Positions 9,226 to 17,394 of a stretch of 20,000 bases of DNA are shown here, piece after piece. A program made the translations under genes and the position numbers. Source of the stretch: an uncultured virus (IMG/VR IMGVR_UViG_3300020577_008970) (lineage: Duplodnaviria; Heunggongvirae; Uroviricota; Caudoviricetes); IMG/VR virus record IMGVR_UViG_3300020577_008970. One strand, 5' to 3'. The notes beneath the pieces were generated by a model, which did no database searches, had not been told where the DNA came from, and was given only the letters and a program-made list of their open reading frames with translations. How positions within the stretch are numbered: position 1 is the stretch's first letter; each line of letters starts with the position of its first letter.

Positions 9226-9234
9226 TAAATATCG
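9226..9234 (-). promoter_or_regulatory. Putative late-promoter motif CGATATTTA
   Basis: Exact copy 20 nt upstream of the ATG at 9205. Confidence 0.65.
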
Positions 9235-9305
9235 AATTTTACATTTTTTCGAAAATAAAATCGATATGTCACAAATAATTTTTGAAAAAATGTGAATATT
9301 TGTGG

Positions 9306-9704
9306 TTATTCGTGAGTATTTCGGATACCTATCGATATTTTCCTTGGTAGAGCCGCTTCAGATTTTTTAAAGCTGATCTCTAATATCCCATCCTCAAGTA
9401 CTGCTGTCGCAGATTCGATATCATAGCTTTTATCTAAGTGATACCGATATGAGAACGTTCTTGATTTTGACTTTCCTGTAATCTGCAAATTATGCGATGT
9501 TGATATAATTTCAAGCTCATCTCTCTTTACACCTGGAATGTCCATCGACAGTGTGATGCCTTCATCTGTCTTAGCTGTTCGAATATAACCATTTCGTGAA
9601 AGTGTATCGTAACCATCAACACGATCATCGAAAAACAGATCTAGCAACTTAGATCGTGAATCGAACAAACCACCGCCCAAACCTACGTCATATCGTGTAA
9701 GCAT
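9306..9704 (-). CDS. hsp20: Small heat-shock protein (Hsp20/alpha-crystallin family)
   Basis: 'LSMDIPGVKRDELEI....LQITG...FSYRY.L....D.....A.LEDGILEI...K......RKI.I' alpha-crystallin motifs. AAGGAG Shine-Dalgarno about 7 nt upstream. Confidence 0.92.
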   Translation of the reverse strand: MLTRYDVGLGGGLFDSRSKLLDLFFDDRVDGYDTLSRNGYIRTAKTDEGITLSMDIPGVKRDELEIISTSHNLQITGKSKSRTFSYRYHLDKSYDIESATAVLEDGILEISFKKSEAALPRKISIGIRNTHE

Positions 9705-9761
9705 AATGAATCTCCTTTTAGTTTATTTGACCGGCTGACCAAAGACTTTTTTCGATCGCCG

Positions 9762-9797
9762 ATGATGATATGATAATCATCATTATGTGGATGTAAA
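9762..9797 (-). promoter_or_regulatory. Putative sigma70-type promoter of hsp20 with an inverted repeat flanking the -10
   Basis: TTTACA-16 nt-TATCAT. The hexamer (9770-9775) is the spacer of a perfect 8-bp inverted repeat ATGATGAT/ATCATCAT. Confidence 0.45.
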
Positions 9798-9813
9798 TGG
9801 CTTAAGCGAACTT

Positions 9814-10185
9814 TTAATAGCCGCGATTAATTCGATCGAAGTTAACATTACCCTTGGCAATGTACTGCTCGTGAAATTCTTTCCAGTCGACATTCAGCAG
9901 CAAACACAGCTCAACGAAGTAATGCATACAATCAACAAGCTCTTCGACGACTTTCGATCGATCGAATTGATCGCTTAGATCTGTTTTTCGATGATCTTTT
10001 GAATGCTTTAGCTCTTGAATCACCTCGAAGAGTTCGCCCATGGCATCATAAGCGATGGTCTTGCACAATTTCTGACCATCTTTCGAGGATGTATCGACAG
10101 GAAATTCTGGAAAATTTCTATGTTTTTGTAAAAGCAACATAAATGCGTGTTGCTGTTTAAACATTTCCTCAAGATGATTTTTCAT
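9814..10185 (-). CDS. All-alpha NTP pyrophosphatase (dimeric dUTPase/MazG-like)
   Basis: 'GELFEVIQEL...K.H......D...VVEELVDCMHYFVEL.LL......F...Y..K..VNFDR...GY' gives ExxE...EExD acidic motifs and a KxxxNxxR tail. It lies in a thymidylate gene cluster. Confidence 0.8.
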   Translation of the reverse strand: MKNHLEEMFKQQHAFMLLLQKHRNFPEFPVDTSSKDGQKLCKTIAYDAMGELFEVIQELKHSKDHRKTDLSDQFDRSKVVEELVDCMHYFVELCLLLNVDWKEFHEQYIAKGNVNFDRINRGY

Positions 10186-10187
10186 TG

Positions 10188-10436
10188 CTATCCTGTCTTC
10201 GCAACCTCTTCTGGTTCTTCTTGCTGCAAACTTTCGATTCTTGCTTCTAGATCTTCAAGATATGTGTCTAGCTTTTTAGAATACTCTTGTGTAACAACGA
10301 GCTGATTATTCTCGCCATTTTCAAGCTGCAATGTACGAAACCAATCATACACATCTGTACCAGTCAACATCCCAATTTGTAATAGACGACCAATTGCCAC
10401 AATTGCCGAGTCAGATAACGTATAACTTTCACTCAT
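10188..10436 (-). CDS. Hypothetical acidic protein (82 aa)
   Basis: Translationally coupled ORF (TAATG overlap at 10436) with a C-terminal coiled-coil-like segment. Confidence 0.7.
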   Translation of the reverse strand: MSESYTLSDSAIVAIGRLLQIGMLTGTDVYDWFRTLQLENGENNQLVVTQEYSKKLDTYLEDLEARIESLQQEEPEEVAKTG

Positions 10437-11086
10437 TATTGCTTTCCTTTCGAATCTAATCCTAAAACTTCACTAAACTTAGTCATCACTTCATGCACAA
10501 TACTTTCGTGAATATCACCTTTCAAACCATTCGCATGGATTAAAGAAGATGTACTTTGATGCATCGACGCATATTCACGATACAATTCTCTAACTTTTGC
10601 TTGAAAGTTGCCATCACTTTCGTATACATCTCTTGGCGCTTCCTTTTGTGAAGCATCTAAAATGATTGTGCAATCAACAGGCATCAAGTAACTCATCAGC
10701 CTGCGAATAACAGAACGTGGCACTCCGCTAGCAACGCCATAAGCGAAACTTGATACATTCCAGCGATCAAATACAACACAATCATATTTGGAATATTTTT
10801 TAAATGTAAAGTGCTGAAAATATAGACGATTCAGAATATGAACTACTTGAAATAGTAGCGGATACTTTACAGCATCGCCATTCTTTAGCATCTTGTAAAT
10901 CGTGGGCTTAAACATATTCTGCGCTGGCACTTCTACAGAGCACGTATCATACCCAATTCTTCGCAAGTGTGCAACAAGCATCGCTGTTTGCGTACATTTA
11001 CCAACTTGGTCAGAACCTTCGATCGCAATTAATTTTGGTTTTTTTGCAACGTTCATTGAGAATCTGTCAGACATCTTACAGCACAC
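10436..11086 (-). CDS. tmk: Thymidylate (dTMP) kinase
   Basis: P-loop 'IAIEGSDQVGKCTQ', 'VVFDRW..SS.AYG', 'D.TIILD', 'YE....FQ.KVRE.Y'. The true start may be a downstream ATG (11074 or 11056). Confidence 0.9.
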   Translation of the reverse strand: MCCKMSDRFSMNVAKKPKLIAIEGSDQVGKCTQTAMLVAHLRRIGYDTCSVEVPAQNMFKPTIYKMLKNGDAVKYPLLFQVVHILNRLYFQHFTFKKYSKYDCVVFDRWNVSSFAYGVASGVPRSVIRRLMSYLMPVDCTIILDASQKEAPRDVYESDGNFQAKVRELYREYASMHQSTSSLIHANGLKGDIHESIVHEVMTKFSEVLGLDSKGKQ

Positions 11087-11121
11087 TTCACAAATTGTCC
11101 AAACATTTTAAAACAATCTTG

Positions 11122-11760
11122 TTAATAGCCGAATGCTGTCAAAGAATGCTCAAATACTTTTTCGTTTTTTACTAGGTCCAACATTTTCTGTGCAACTTCA
11201 TGAACCTCTTCTTGCGCATGATCAGAATTTCTCAACTTCTGAAAATGCATAAATGATCTGAAGTTAAATGACACATCTAAGGTCAATTGATTTCCATATG
11301 GAAGATAGAACCTAGCTGCTTCTTTTGCTCGCTTTCGTGGAACGCCAGATGCCACAAGCTTATTCAGCATATCGTGATATTGCTTTTGTGCATATTCTAC
11401 AAATTCGCAATATTGCTTTTTATCTTCGTTAGACCAATCATATGGAACATAAAACTTATCGTCTTTTAGCTCTTTATATCTTGCAGATTCGCCATTTATC
11501 GATGTACCGATCCTGTGCTTAAGCAAATGAATGTGTGTGGCTGTATCAACATTTACTAAAAACCGAAAATATGACTTTTCAAATGGCGTATGATGACCCT
11601 CTTCAGCTAACTTCTTTAGCAGTGCTGGAACACGTGCAATTTTCTCTGGCGTCAAATCTCGAGACGTCGAAGTCCATGCACTAAGAGCATGCCCCAGATC
11701 ACTTCCAGAGCATTCAATCAGCTCAACAGTATTCTCACCTTGCTTATTCTCGCCATTCAT
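11122..11760 (-). CDS. thyX: Flavin-dependent thymidylate synthase ThyX
   Basis: 'GHHTPFE', 'HLLKHRIGTSINGESARY' (variant of RHRx7-8SxRY), 'AKEAARFYLP', 'NFRSFMHF.KLR...HAQEE'. Confidence 0.93.
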   Translation of the reverse strand: MNGENKQGENTVELIECSGSDLGHALSAWTSTSRDLTPEKIARVPALLKKLAEEGHHTPFEKSYFRFLVNVDTATHIHLLKHRIGTSINGESARYKELKDDKFYVPYDWSNEDKKQYCEFVEYAQKQYHDMLNKLVASGVPRKRAKEAARFYLPYGNQLTLDVSFNFRSFMHFQKLRNSDHAQEEVHEVAQKMLDLVKNEKVFEHSLTAFGY

Positions 11761-11828
11761 CTAGCACCACTTTCTGTGTAAAGAAACGTGCTAAACTATA
11801 GCTTGTATAGTGATGAAAGTTTAACTAA

Positions 11829-12752
11829 TTAGACTGCCGAAACTCTTGTGTCAGCTTTTGGACGGGGTGGTGATTTTGCTCTTGTCTGTGACTGCGCTAC
11901 GGCACGTGTCGGATGGCCTGCAGGCGTTTCAGGCTGACTCTGCTGCGTTTTAGCATAAGCATCGGCATTGCCAGTTTCATCATGTGCTGCAACAGCATTT
12001 TCATATTCTGTACTAATCTGTGCAACAACACTGGCAAACTCATTCTTTGACTTTGCCGGAATTGGAAGATCCTTCAGTTCTGACATAATTGTGTTGAACA
12101 ATGCCTTTGTACGCTTACCTTCTATTGCAGCAAAGAAGCATTTTGTAAATTCTTGTACAAACTCGTCTGCTTCATCTACTAAGTCTATAGACTGTAACAG
12201 ATCACGAAACTTGATAAGCGCATTCATATTCGATTGTGATAACTTCGCCGGCTTCTTCTTTGGATCATTTTTCACCTGAACATTATCTTGCTGCGAAAGT
12301 TGTGCCAGCTCTTCAGCACTCAAGGATTTCATCGCAGTCTTAACTTCATTAGTGTATTTGTCGAGCAAATCGACGATATCGTTACCAATCATATCGAAGG
12401 CTGTCGACATTTCATCGTTTCCTGATTTCTGAACAGCTTTACCAACCTGCACAAGCGATGAAAATACGTTCTGCTCCATCGATTCAAATTCACCCTTGGC
12501 GAATTCCAAAGGTGTCTTATCTTTAATGTCGTTGAGCTGCTTTTTCATTCGATTGATGAACAACTCGATCTGTGTTAGAACTGTCGAATTATCAACAAAA
12601 AGCTTATTCTTTTTTAAGAATGATTCGAATTTCCGCATCGTGACAGCTTCTTCGCCCTCAATCTTAACACCTTCAGCCAAGCTAGCATCTGCTTCAAGTG
12701 ACTCTCGAATAATCTGTCTAAGTGTGCTAAGCTTAATTTTCCAACTTTTCAT
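11829..12752 (-). CDS. Hypothetical alpha-helical protein, possibly an internal virion protein (307 aa)
   Basis: N-terminal 'KIKLSTLRQIIRESL' segment, charged helical body and a low-complexity C-terminal tail. Preceded by the CGATATTTA motif. Confidence 0.6.
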   Translation of the reverse strand: MKSWKIKLSTLRQIIRESLEADASLAEGVKIEGEEAVTMRKFESFLKKNKLFVDNSTVLTQIELFINRMKKQLNDIKDKTPLEFAKGEFESMEQNVFSSLVQVGKAVQKSGNDEMSTAFDMIGNDIVDLLDKYTNEVKTAMKSLSAEELAQLSQQDNVQVKNDPKKKPAKLSQSNMNALIKFRDLLQSIDLVDEADEFVQEFTKCFFAAIEGKRTKALFNTIMSELKDLPIPAKSKNEFASVVAQISTEYENAVAAHDETGNADAYAKTQQSQPETPAGHPTRAVAQSQTRAKSPPRPKADTRVSAV

Positions 12753-12791
12753 ATCAAACTTTCTGGCGAAGATATCTCACTAATCATTCTC

Positions 12792-12800
12792 TAAATATCG
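12792..12800 (-). promoter_or_regulatory. Putative late-promoter motif CGATATTTA
   Basis: Exact copy in the intergenic region, 39 nt upstream of the ATG at 12752. Confidence 0.6.
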
Positions 12801-12817
12801 TGCCATATCGCCCATAA

Positions 12818-15800
12818 TCAACATTTTGAATATCCGCATGAAGCACATGATACACAACCTTGCTGATATACAAGCGTTGCAGCTCCGCAAGATTCGCACT
12901 TCTTTTCTGCAAAGGACTTGGTACCATCTGCAATGTAACCTTTACTTAGCACTCTGGCGATAGAACTTGAGAATGATGTGATATCGCTATGCTTATCTTT
13001 CTTTAGTTGCTCAGCAATGTAATTCACTGCCACACCATGGCGCAGTGCTAATGATATCGTTCTTGTCAGCGCGCCATAGACAGGATTATCAAACAAATTG
13101 ACGATGTCTCTGAATGTTAGATCGTCCTCATCATTCAATCGAATGATCAAATTGTATGTAACGATACCATCCTTCTTGCCATTCTTGACAAGATATCCCT
13201 TCTTGATCTTCTTTGGAATCTCTACATGCTGAGACAATCCAGCAAAAATCTCGTATGGCTTCTTGCCAAGCAATCCTACCAACACAAGATAGATTTCACC
13301 TGCAACATTTACGCGATGAATATCACACTCAAGTTCCTTAGGACGCTTTGGTGAATGCGAATCAAGAATCGAAACAGGACGATTGTCATATGTTCCAGAT
13401 CGTTTTGCCAATTCATCTCTAGCAACCTGAATAAAATCTGCATGTGCCGAAGGCATGTTCGCATTATTCAGATCATATACATCAATCATCTCTTGAACTT
13501 CTGAATTCTCAACACCATCAAACCAACTCTTGAACTCATTATTCGTCAACAACACACCGCTACGAGCACCCTCACGGTACACAGTAAAGCCCTTGCAGCC
13601 ACTTTCCCATGCCTTGAAGTACACATCAGAAATCTCGCTATGCTTCGCACTCTTTGGAAAGTTTGCTGTACGTGATATCGCATGACAAATCCACTTTTGT
13701 GCTTTGGCCTGAATCTGCACTCCAGTATCCCAATCAACACTAGCTGAATCAGCACCGAAATATGGCGATTTTGTAACGTCTGTCTGTCCTGTAATAGACA
13801 TCCACTTTTTTACACCTTCATGATACACATCATACTCTTGCCACTTATCACCCATATCATCAATGAAATCAACCTTAGTAACAGCATCACCAGGATTGAT
13901 CTTTCTACGACGTTTATACACAGGCTGAAATACAGGCTCAATCCCACTCGACGTTCTCAATACTGCACTAACACTTCCTACCGGTGCTGTTGTCGTCAAT
14001 GCAATATTTCGTCGTCCATATTTCTTATACATCTCAACAGTTTCTGGACCGCACGATTCAACAACTCGTTTAATGAAATGATGATCTTTCTCTAATTCGT
14101 ACTCGTAAGCAGGAAATGCTCCACGATCTTTTGCCAACTCAATTGTAGCTTTATAAGCATTCTCAGCCAATAATTGATAAAAATCTTCAACTAACTTCAG
14201 TGATTCATCAGATCCATATCTGACATTCAACATCGCTAAACAATCACCTACAGCAGTCAATCCAGTACCAGTTCGACGTCCATCAGTTGCAGCAATACGA
14301 ATCTTAGTCCATAACTTATGCTCAATCGACTTAACATCCTCGTCCTCTGGATCATCTTGAATCTTTGCCAAGATTTTATCAACCGACTCAATCTCTAATT
14401 CTACAAGATCATCCATCAACCGCTGCGCGAATCGTACTGTCTTCGCATACTCGCCAATCATGAACTCTGGTGCGACGAACGGCGAGGAAACAAATTTTGA
14501 CAAATCGATAACGAGAAGCCGGCAAGAATCTCCCGGACTCAAAACGATTTCACCACAATTTTTACTAAGTAGTTGAATTTGTTCATTATTTTGCTCTTCG
14601 AAGTTTCCAAAGTAGAAATTATGAACATCATCGACTGTACCGTTATATACGTCTTCTGTTCCGGCATATTCGACACTTACAACGCGATGATTATGCAATG
14701 CAGCGTGTTCTTTCAAATCAGGCCAGCTTTTGAAACCGAATGTTGTGGATAGCCTGAATGATGTCTTATTGTTTTTGCATGCGGTGATCCATTCTTTTAG
14801 CAGAGGATCTCTACCAAGAGAAAATCGCAATTGTGTATAAGCATCTAGCTGTTTCGCACGTGTAACTTCTGCTTTTTGTGAATATGTTGTCCGAACAGAT
14901 TCTGTACGTTGTGCGTGAATTTCAACATTAGAATTCAAATAATCATTTGCGCAATCAACACTACAATATGCACCTTCACGGCAATCATATCGTTTCCAGA
15001 ATTCTTGTTTGCATCCTTCACAAATCTTTTTGACAAACGTTTCTGATCCTTCGATTTTCGCTTCATATCCCTGCTTTAAAGCTTTTTGATATGTCTTTGC
15101 AACTCTGGGTTCACACGCTATGATCAAATCATCAACACCAGCTAGTAAAGCCGCAGCAGTAATCCACTCTTGAAATGACTTATATGGTTCGATTCGACAA
15201 TCAACAAGAAATGATGGATAATTTTTTTCACTCGCAAATTTTGACCATGTTTGTCCTGAAACACGATGCTTGTTTATTCTGCAACATTCAACAGCGGCTG
15301 CAAAAAGTTCTTCATTCGTAACATTATCATATGCATTACCGTTCTTAAGACCAGAACACGCTTCTGACATATTTGATCTGTATTCAGACCATTTTTCTTC
15401 ACTCCATTCAGACTGCGCTCTACGCATCGGGTTTTTGTCACCCAGCATATTTCGTCTATGAAGTTCGATATGATCAGCGTGACTCATTGATTGCAGATTT
15501 TCAATTGCATTATTCTGTGAATTAAAATCTACGTGATGAATGACATGATTATTTGCAATCTGGCCATGATGATATTCGTAAATCATACGATGCTCTGATC
15601 GACCAGAATAGTTGTTTTCAAGTACGACGTAATTGTTTCTGTTATTAGACTTACGAATACTCTGACCGATCTCTACTAGTCTTCGATTCACACGCTTAGA
15701 AATTTCAAGTGCATCCCCTGTAACAAGATCCTTGACTTCTTTATATTGGCCTGATGTTGTTAGCAGTTTATGATTCGCTGTGGCCTTGAATTTATGTCCG

Positions 15801-17380
15801 CCTTCGATAGTAACTTCGTAGACAGGTATGTTGTAGCCTGTGATACGAGGATTGCGCATCGTTTTGATTACGATCTTTCCGTCATCTGCTCTGGCATAGA
15901 CAGGTACATCCAGTCCTTCTTCTGCAAGTTGTTTGATTGGAACAGATCCTCGGCCATCTGCAACAGATACTAGCGTATCACCTGTTAGACATGGATTGGT
16001 AGAAGTTGTTCCGAAACCTTTATTGGCATAGATTTCGGCCGGTGTATTGCGCAAAACAGTATCCCAGAACAGTACGCCTGGCTCCGCAGAGTACCATGCT
16101 GCATCTGTCATTTGTCTCCAGATTTCTTTTGCCTTAACTGTCCTAGTATATTTGGCATTTTCTGGTGAAGCATCAACTGGCCAGCGCAGAACATACTCAC
16201 TATCTGATTTAACAGCTCTCATAAACTCGTCTGAATATCTGACAGAGATATTTGCACCGGTGACCTTACTTTTGTCGCGTTTGATATTGATGAATGTATC
16301 GATCTCTGGATGATTGCAGTTCGACGTATAAAAGCCATTTGCAAGGATTCGATGCGTATCCTTTACAGTAAAGTCATAAACTGTCGTTGTGCCAGCTTCG
16401 ATGATTGAGCTAATCTTTGTGTATGCCTTGACTAGTTCTGTATGCGGATAGACAGCATTGTAGACGATAAGTTCTTCTACGTCTCCGTCTATTTGCCCAA
16501 GCGGCTTAAGATATTCTTCACCAGAAGTGTTATTCTTGACCATGAACTCATGATCGATGGTTGTAGCGATCGATTTTCCATCTTCACTCTCAACGATGAA
16601 TACATCACGATTTTCAAATCGCTGATATGCTTCAATTTCTTTCCACCCTTCGTGAGTCCATACCTTTCCACCGTAGCGGCCATCTACGACCTCATCAACT
16701 CGAAGCCATCCTTCTTCCGTCAGAACCCTTACAGATCCCTCGAAACATGAAATGGTGAGCATGAGAGCCCCTCTACGACCGTCTTGCCCAACCTCGCGAC
16801 ATGTGTTGCTAAATCTCTCCATGAATGTGCCGATACCTGTCGTGGTTCGTGCGGCATTCGATGTGGGCATGCCCTTGGGCCTGATATTCGAAATATCGAA
16901 ACCGACACCACCGCGGCGTTTCATGATCTGCGCTTCTTCTTGATCTGTCTTAAGAATGCCTCCATATGAATCATGAGGTGAATCGATTACGAAACAGTTC
17001 GATAGTGATTGGATCTGATCGTGGTTGCCGATACCAGAGAGGGGACTGCCTTGTGGGATGATTCTGCCAAACCCTCGTGAAGCTTGAATGAGCTCATCTT
17101 CAGAAGCTGCAGCAATCTCTTCATCAGACAAATGATCAACATCTGAGAGAAGTTTGAAGATCTCTTTTAGAGATAATGGAGAAGCAAATTTTTGCTCAAC
17201 ACGCGCAAACTCTTTAGCGATGCGCATATGCATGTATGCTGGAGTGGGCTCTAAAATTAGATTTTCTTTATTTCGAAGAGCATATTTTGTCAAATATACG
17301 TCTGCAGCGAGGGAATCGCCTTCGAAATACTTTAGAGACAGCTCTTTCGCAGATTCATACGTGTATGCGTTCATCATCAA
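12818..17380 (-). CDS. nrdJ: Class II (adenosylcobalamin-dependent) ribonucleotide reductase precursor with two inteins (1520 aa; about 899 aa spliced)
   Basis: 'SLSNCFVI', 'RRGGVGFDISNIRPKG', 'GRRGALM', 'AEPGVLFWD', TNP|CGE catalytic loop, 'RRTGTG', 'TTAPVGSVS...SSGIEP', 'KGFTVYREGAR', and a C-terminal domain ending in CxxC...CxxC...SKC. Confidence 0.93.
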   Translation of the reverse strand: MMMNAYTYESAKELSLKYFEGDSLAADVYLTKYALRNKENLILEPTPAYMHMRIAKEFARVEQKFASPLSLKEIFKLLSDVDHLSDEEIAAASEDELIQASRGFGRIIPQGSPLSGIGNHDQIQSLSNCFVIDSPHDSYGGILKTDQEEAQIMKRRGGVGFDISNIRPKGMPTSNAARTTTGIGTFMERFSNTCREVGQDGRRGALMLTISCFEGSVRVLTEEGWLRVDEVVDGRYGGKVWTHEGWKEIEAYQRFENRDVFIVESEDGKSIATTIDHEFMVKNNTSGEEYLKPLGQIDGDVEELIVYNAVYPHTELVKAYTKISSIIEAGTTTVYDFTVKDTHRILANGFYTSNCNHPEIDTFINIKRDKSKVTGANISVRYSDEFMRAVKSDSEYVLRWPVDASPENAKYTRTVKAKEIWRQMTDAAWYSAEPGVLFWDTVLRNTPAEIYANKGFGTTSTNPCLTGDTLVSVADGRGSVPIKQLAEEGLDVPVYARADDGKIVIKTMRNPRITGYNIPVYEVTIEGGHKFKATANHKLLTTSGQYKEVKDLVTGDALEISKRVNRRLVEIGQSIRKSNNRNNYVVLENNYSGRSEHRMIYEYHHGQIANNHVIHHVDFNSQNNAIENLQSMSHADHIELHRRNMLGDKNPMRRAQSEWSEEKWSEYRSNMSEACSGLKNGNAYDNVTNEELFAAAVECCRINKHRVSGQTWSKFASEKNYPSFLVDCRIEPYKSFQEWITAAALLAGVDDLIIACEPRVAKTYQKALKQGYEAKIEGSETFVKKICEGCKQEFWKRYDCREGAYCSVDCANDYLNSNVEIHAQRTESVRTTYSQKAEVTRAKQLDAYTQLRFSLGRDPLLKEWITACKNNKTSFRLSTTFGFKSWPDLKEHAALHNHRVVSVEYAGTEDVYNGTVDDVHNFYFGNFEEQNNEQIQLLSKNCGEIVLSPGDSCRLLVIDLSKFVSSPFVAPEFMIGEYAKTVRFAQRLMDDLVELEIESVDKILAKIQDDPEDEDVKSIEHKLWTKIRIAATDGRRTGTGLTAVGDCLAMLNVRYGSDESLKLVEDFYQLLAENAYKATIELAKDRGAFPAYEYELEKDHHFIKRVVESCGPETVEMYKKYGRRNIALTTTAPVGSVSAVLRTSSGIEPVFQPVYKRRRKINPGDAVTKVDFIDDMGDKWQEYDVYHEGVKKWMSITGQTDVTKSPYFGADSASVDWDTGVQIQAKAQKWICHAISRTANFPKSAKHSEISDVYFKAWESGCKGFTVYREGARSGVLLTNNEFKSWFDGVENSEVQEMIDVYDLNNANMPSAHADFIQVARDELAKRSGTYDNRPVSILDSHSPKRPKELECDIHRVNVAGEIYLVLVGLLGKKPYEIFAGLSQHVEIPKKIKKGYLVKNGKKDGIVTYNLIIRLNDEDDLTFRDIVNLFDNPVYGALTRTISLALRHGVAVNYIAEQLKKDKHSDITSFSSSIARVLSKGYIADGTKSFAEKKCESCGAATLVYQQGCVSCASCGYSKC
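14558..15991 (-). mobile_element. Intein (478 aa) with an HNH homing endonuclease, inserted at the catalytic NP|CGE cysteine of NrdJ
   Basis: Begins CLTGDTLV, has block B 'KATANHKL', HNH 'EHRMIY...IHHVDFNSQNNAIENL...H...H', block F 'DVYNGTVDDVHNF', and ends SKN before C(+1)GEI. Confidence 0.93.
16319..16747 (-). mobile_element. Mini-intein (143 aa) in NrdJ at MLTIS|CNHP
   Basis: Begins CFEGSVRVLTEEG, has block B 'ATTIDHEF' and block F 'VYDFTVKDTHRILANG', and ends TSN before C(+1). Removal restores GALMLTISCNHPEI. Confidence 0.92.
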
Positions 17381-17394
17381 TTCTTCTTCTTTTC

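Noticed and set aside
16740..16920. Locally higher GC (about 50-57% in three 60-nt lines) beside the mini-intein, as a possible co-conversion tract
   Set aside because: Largely explained by Gly/Arg/Ala/Pro-rich conserved motifs. It would need a GC3 analysis to support.
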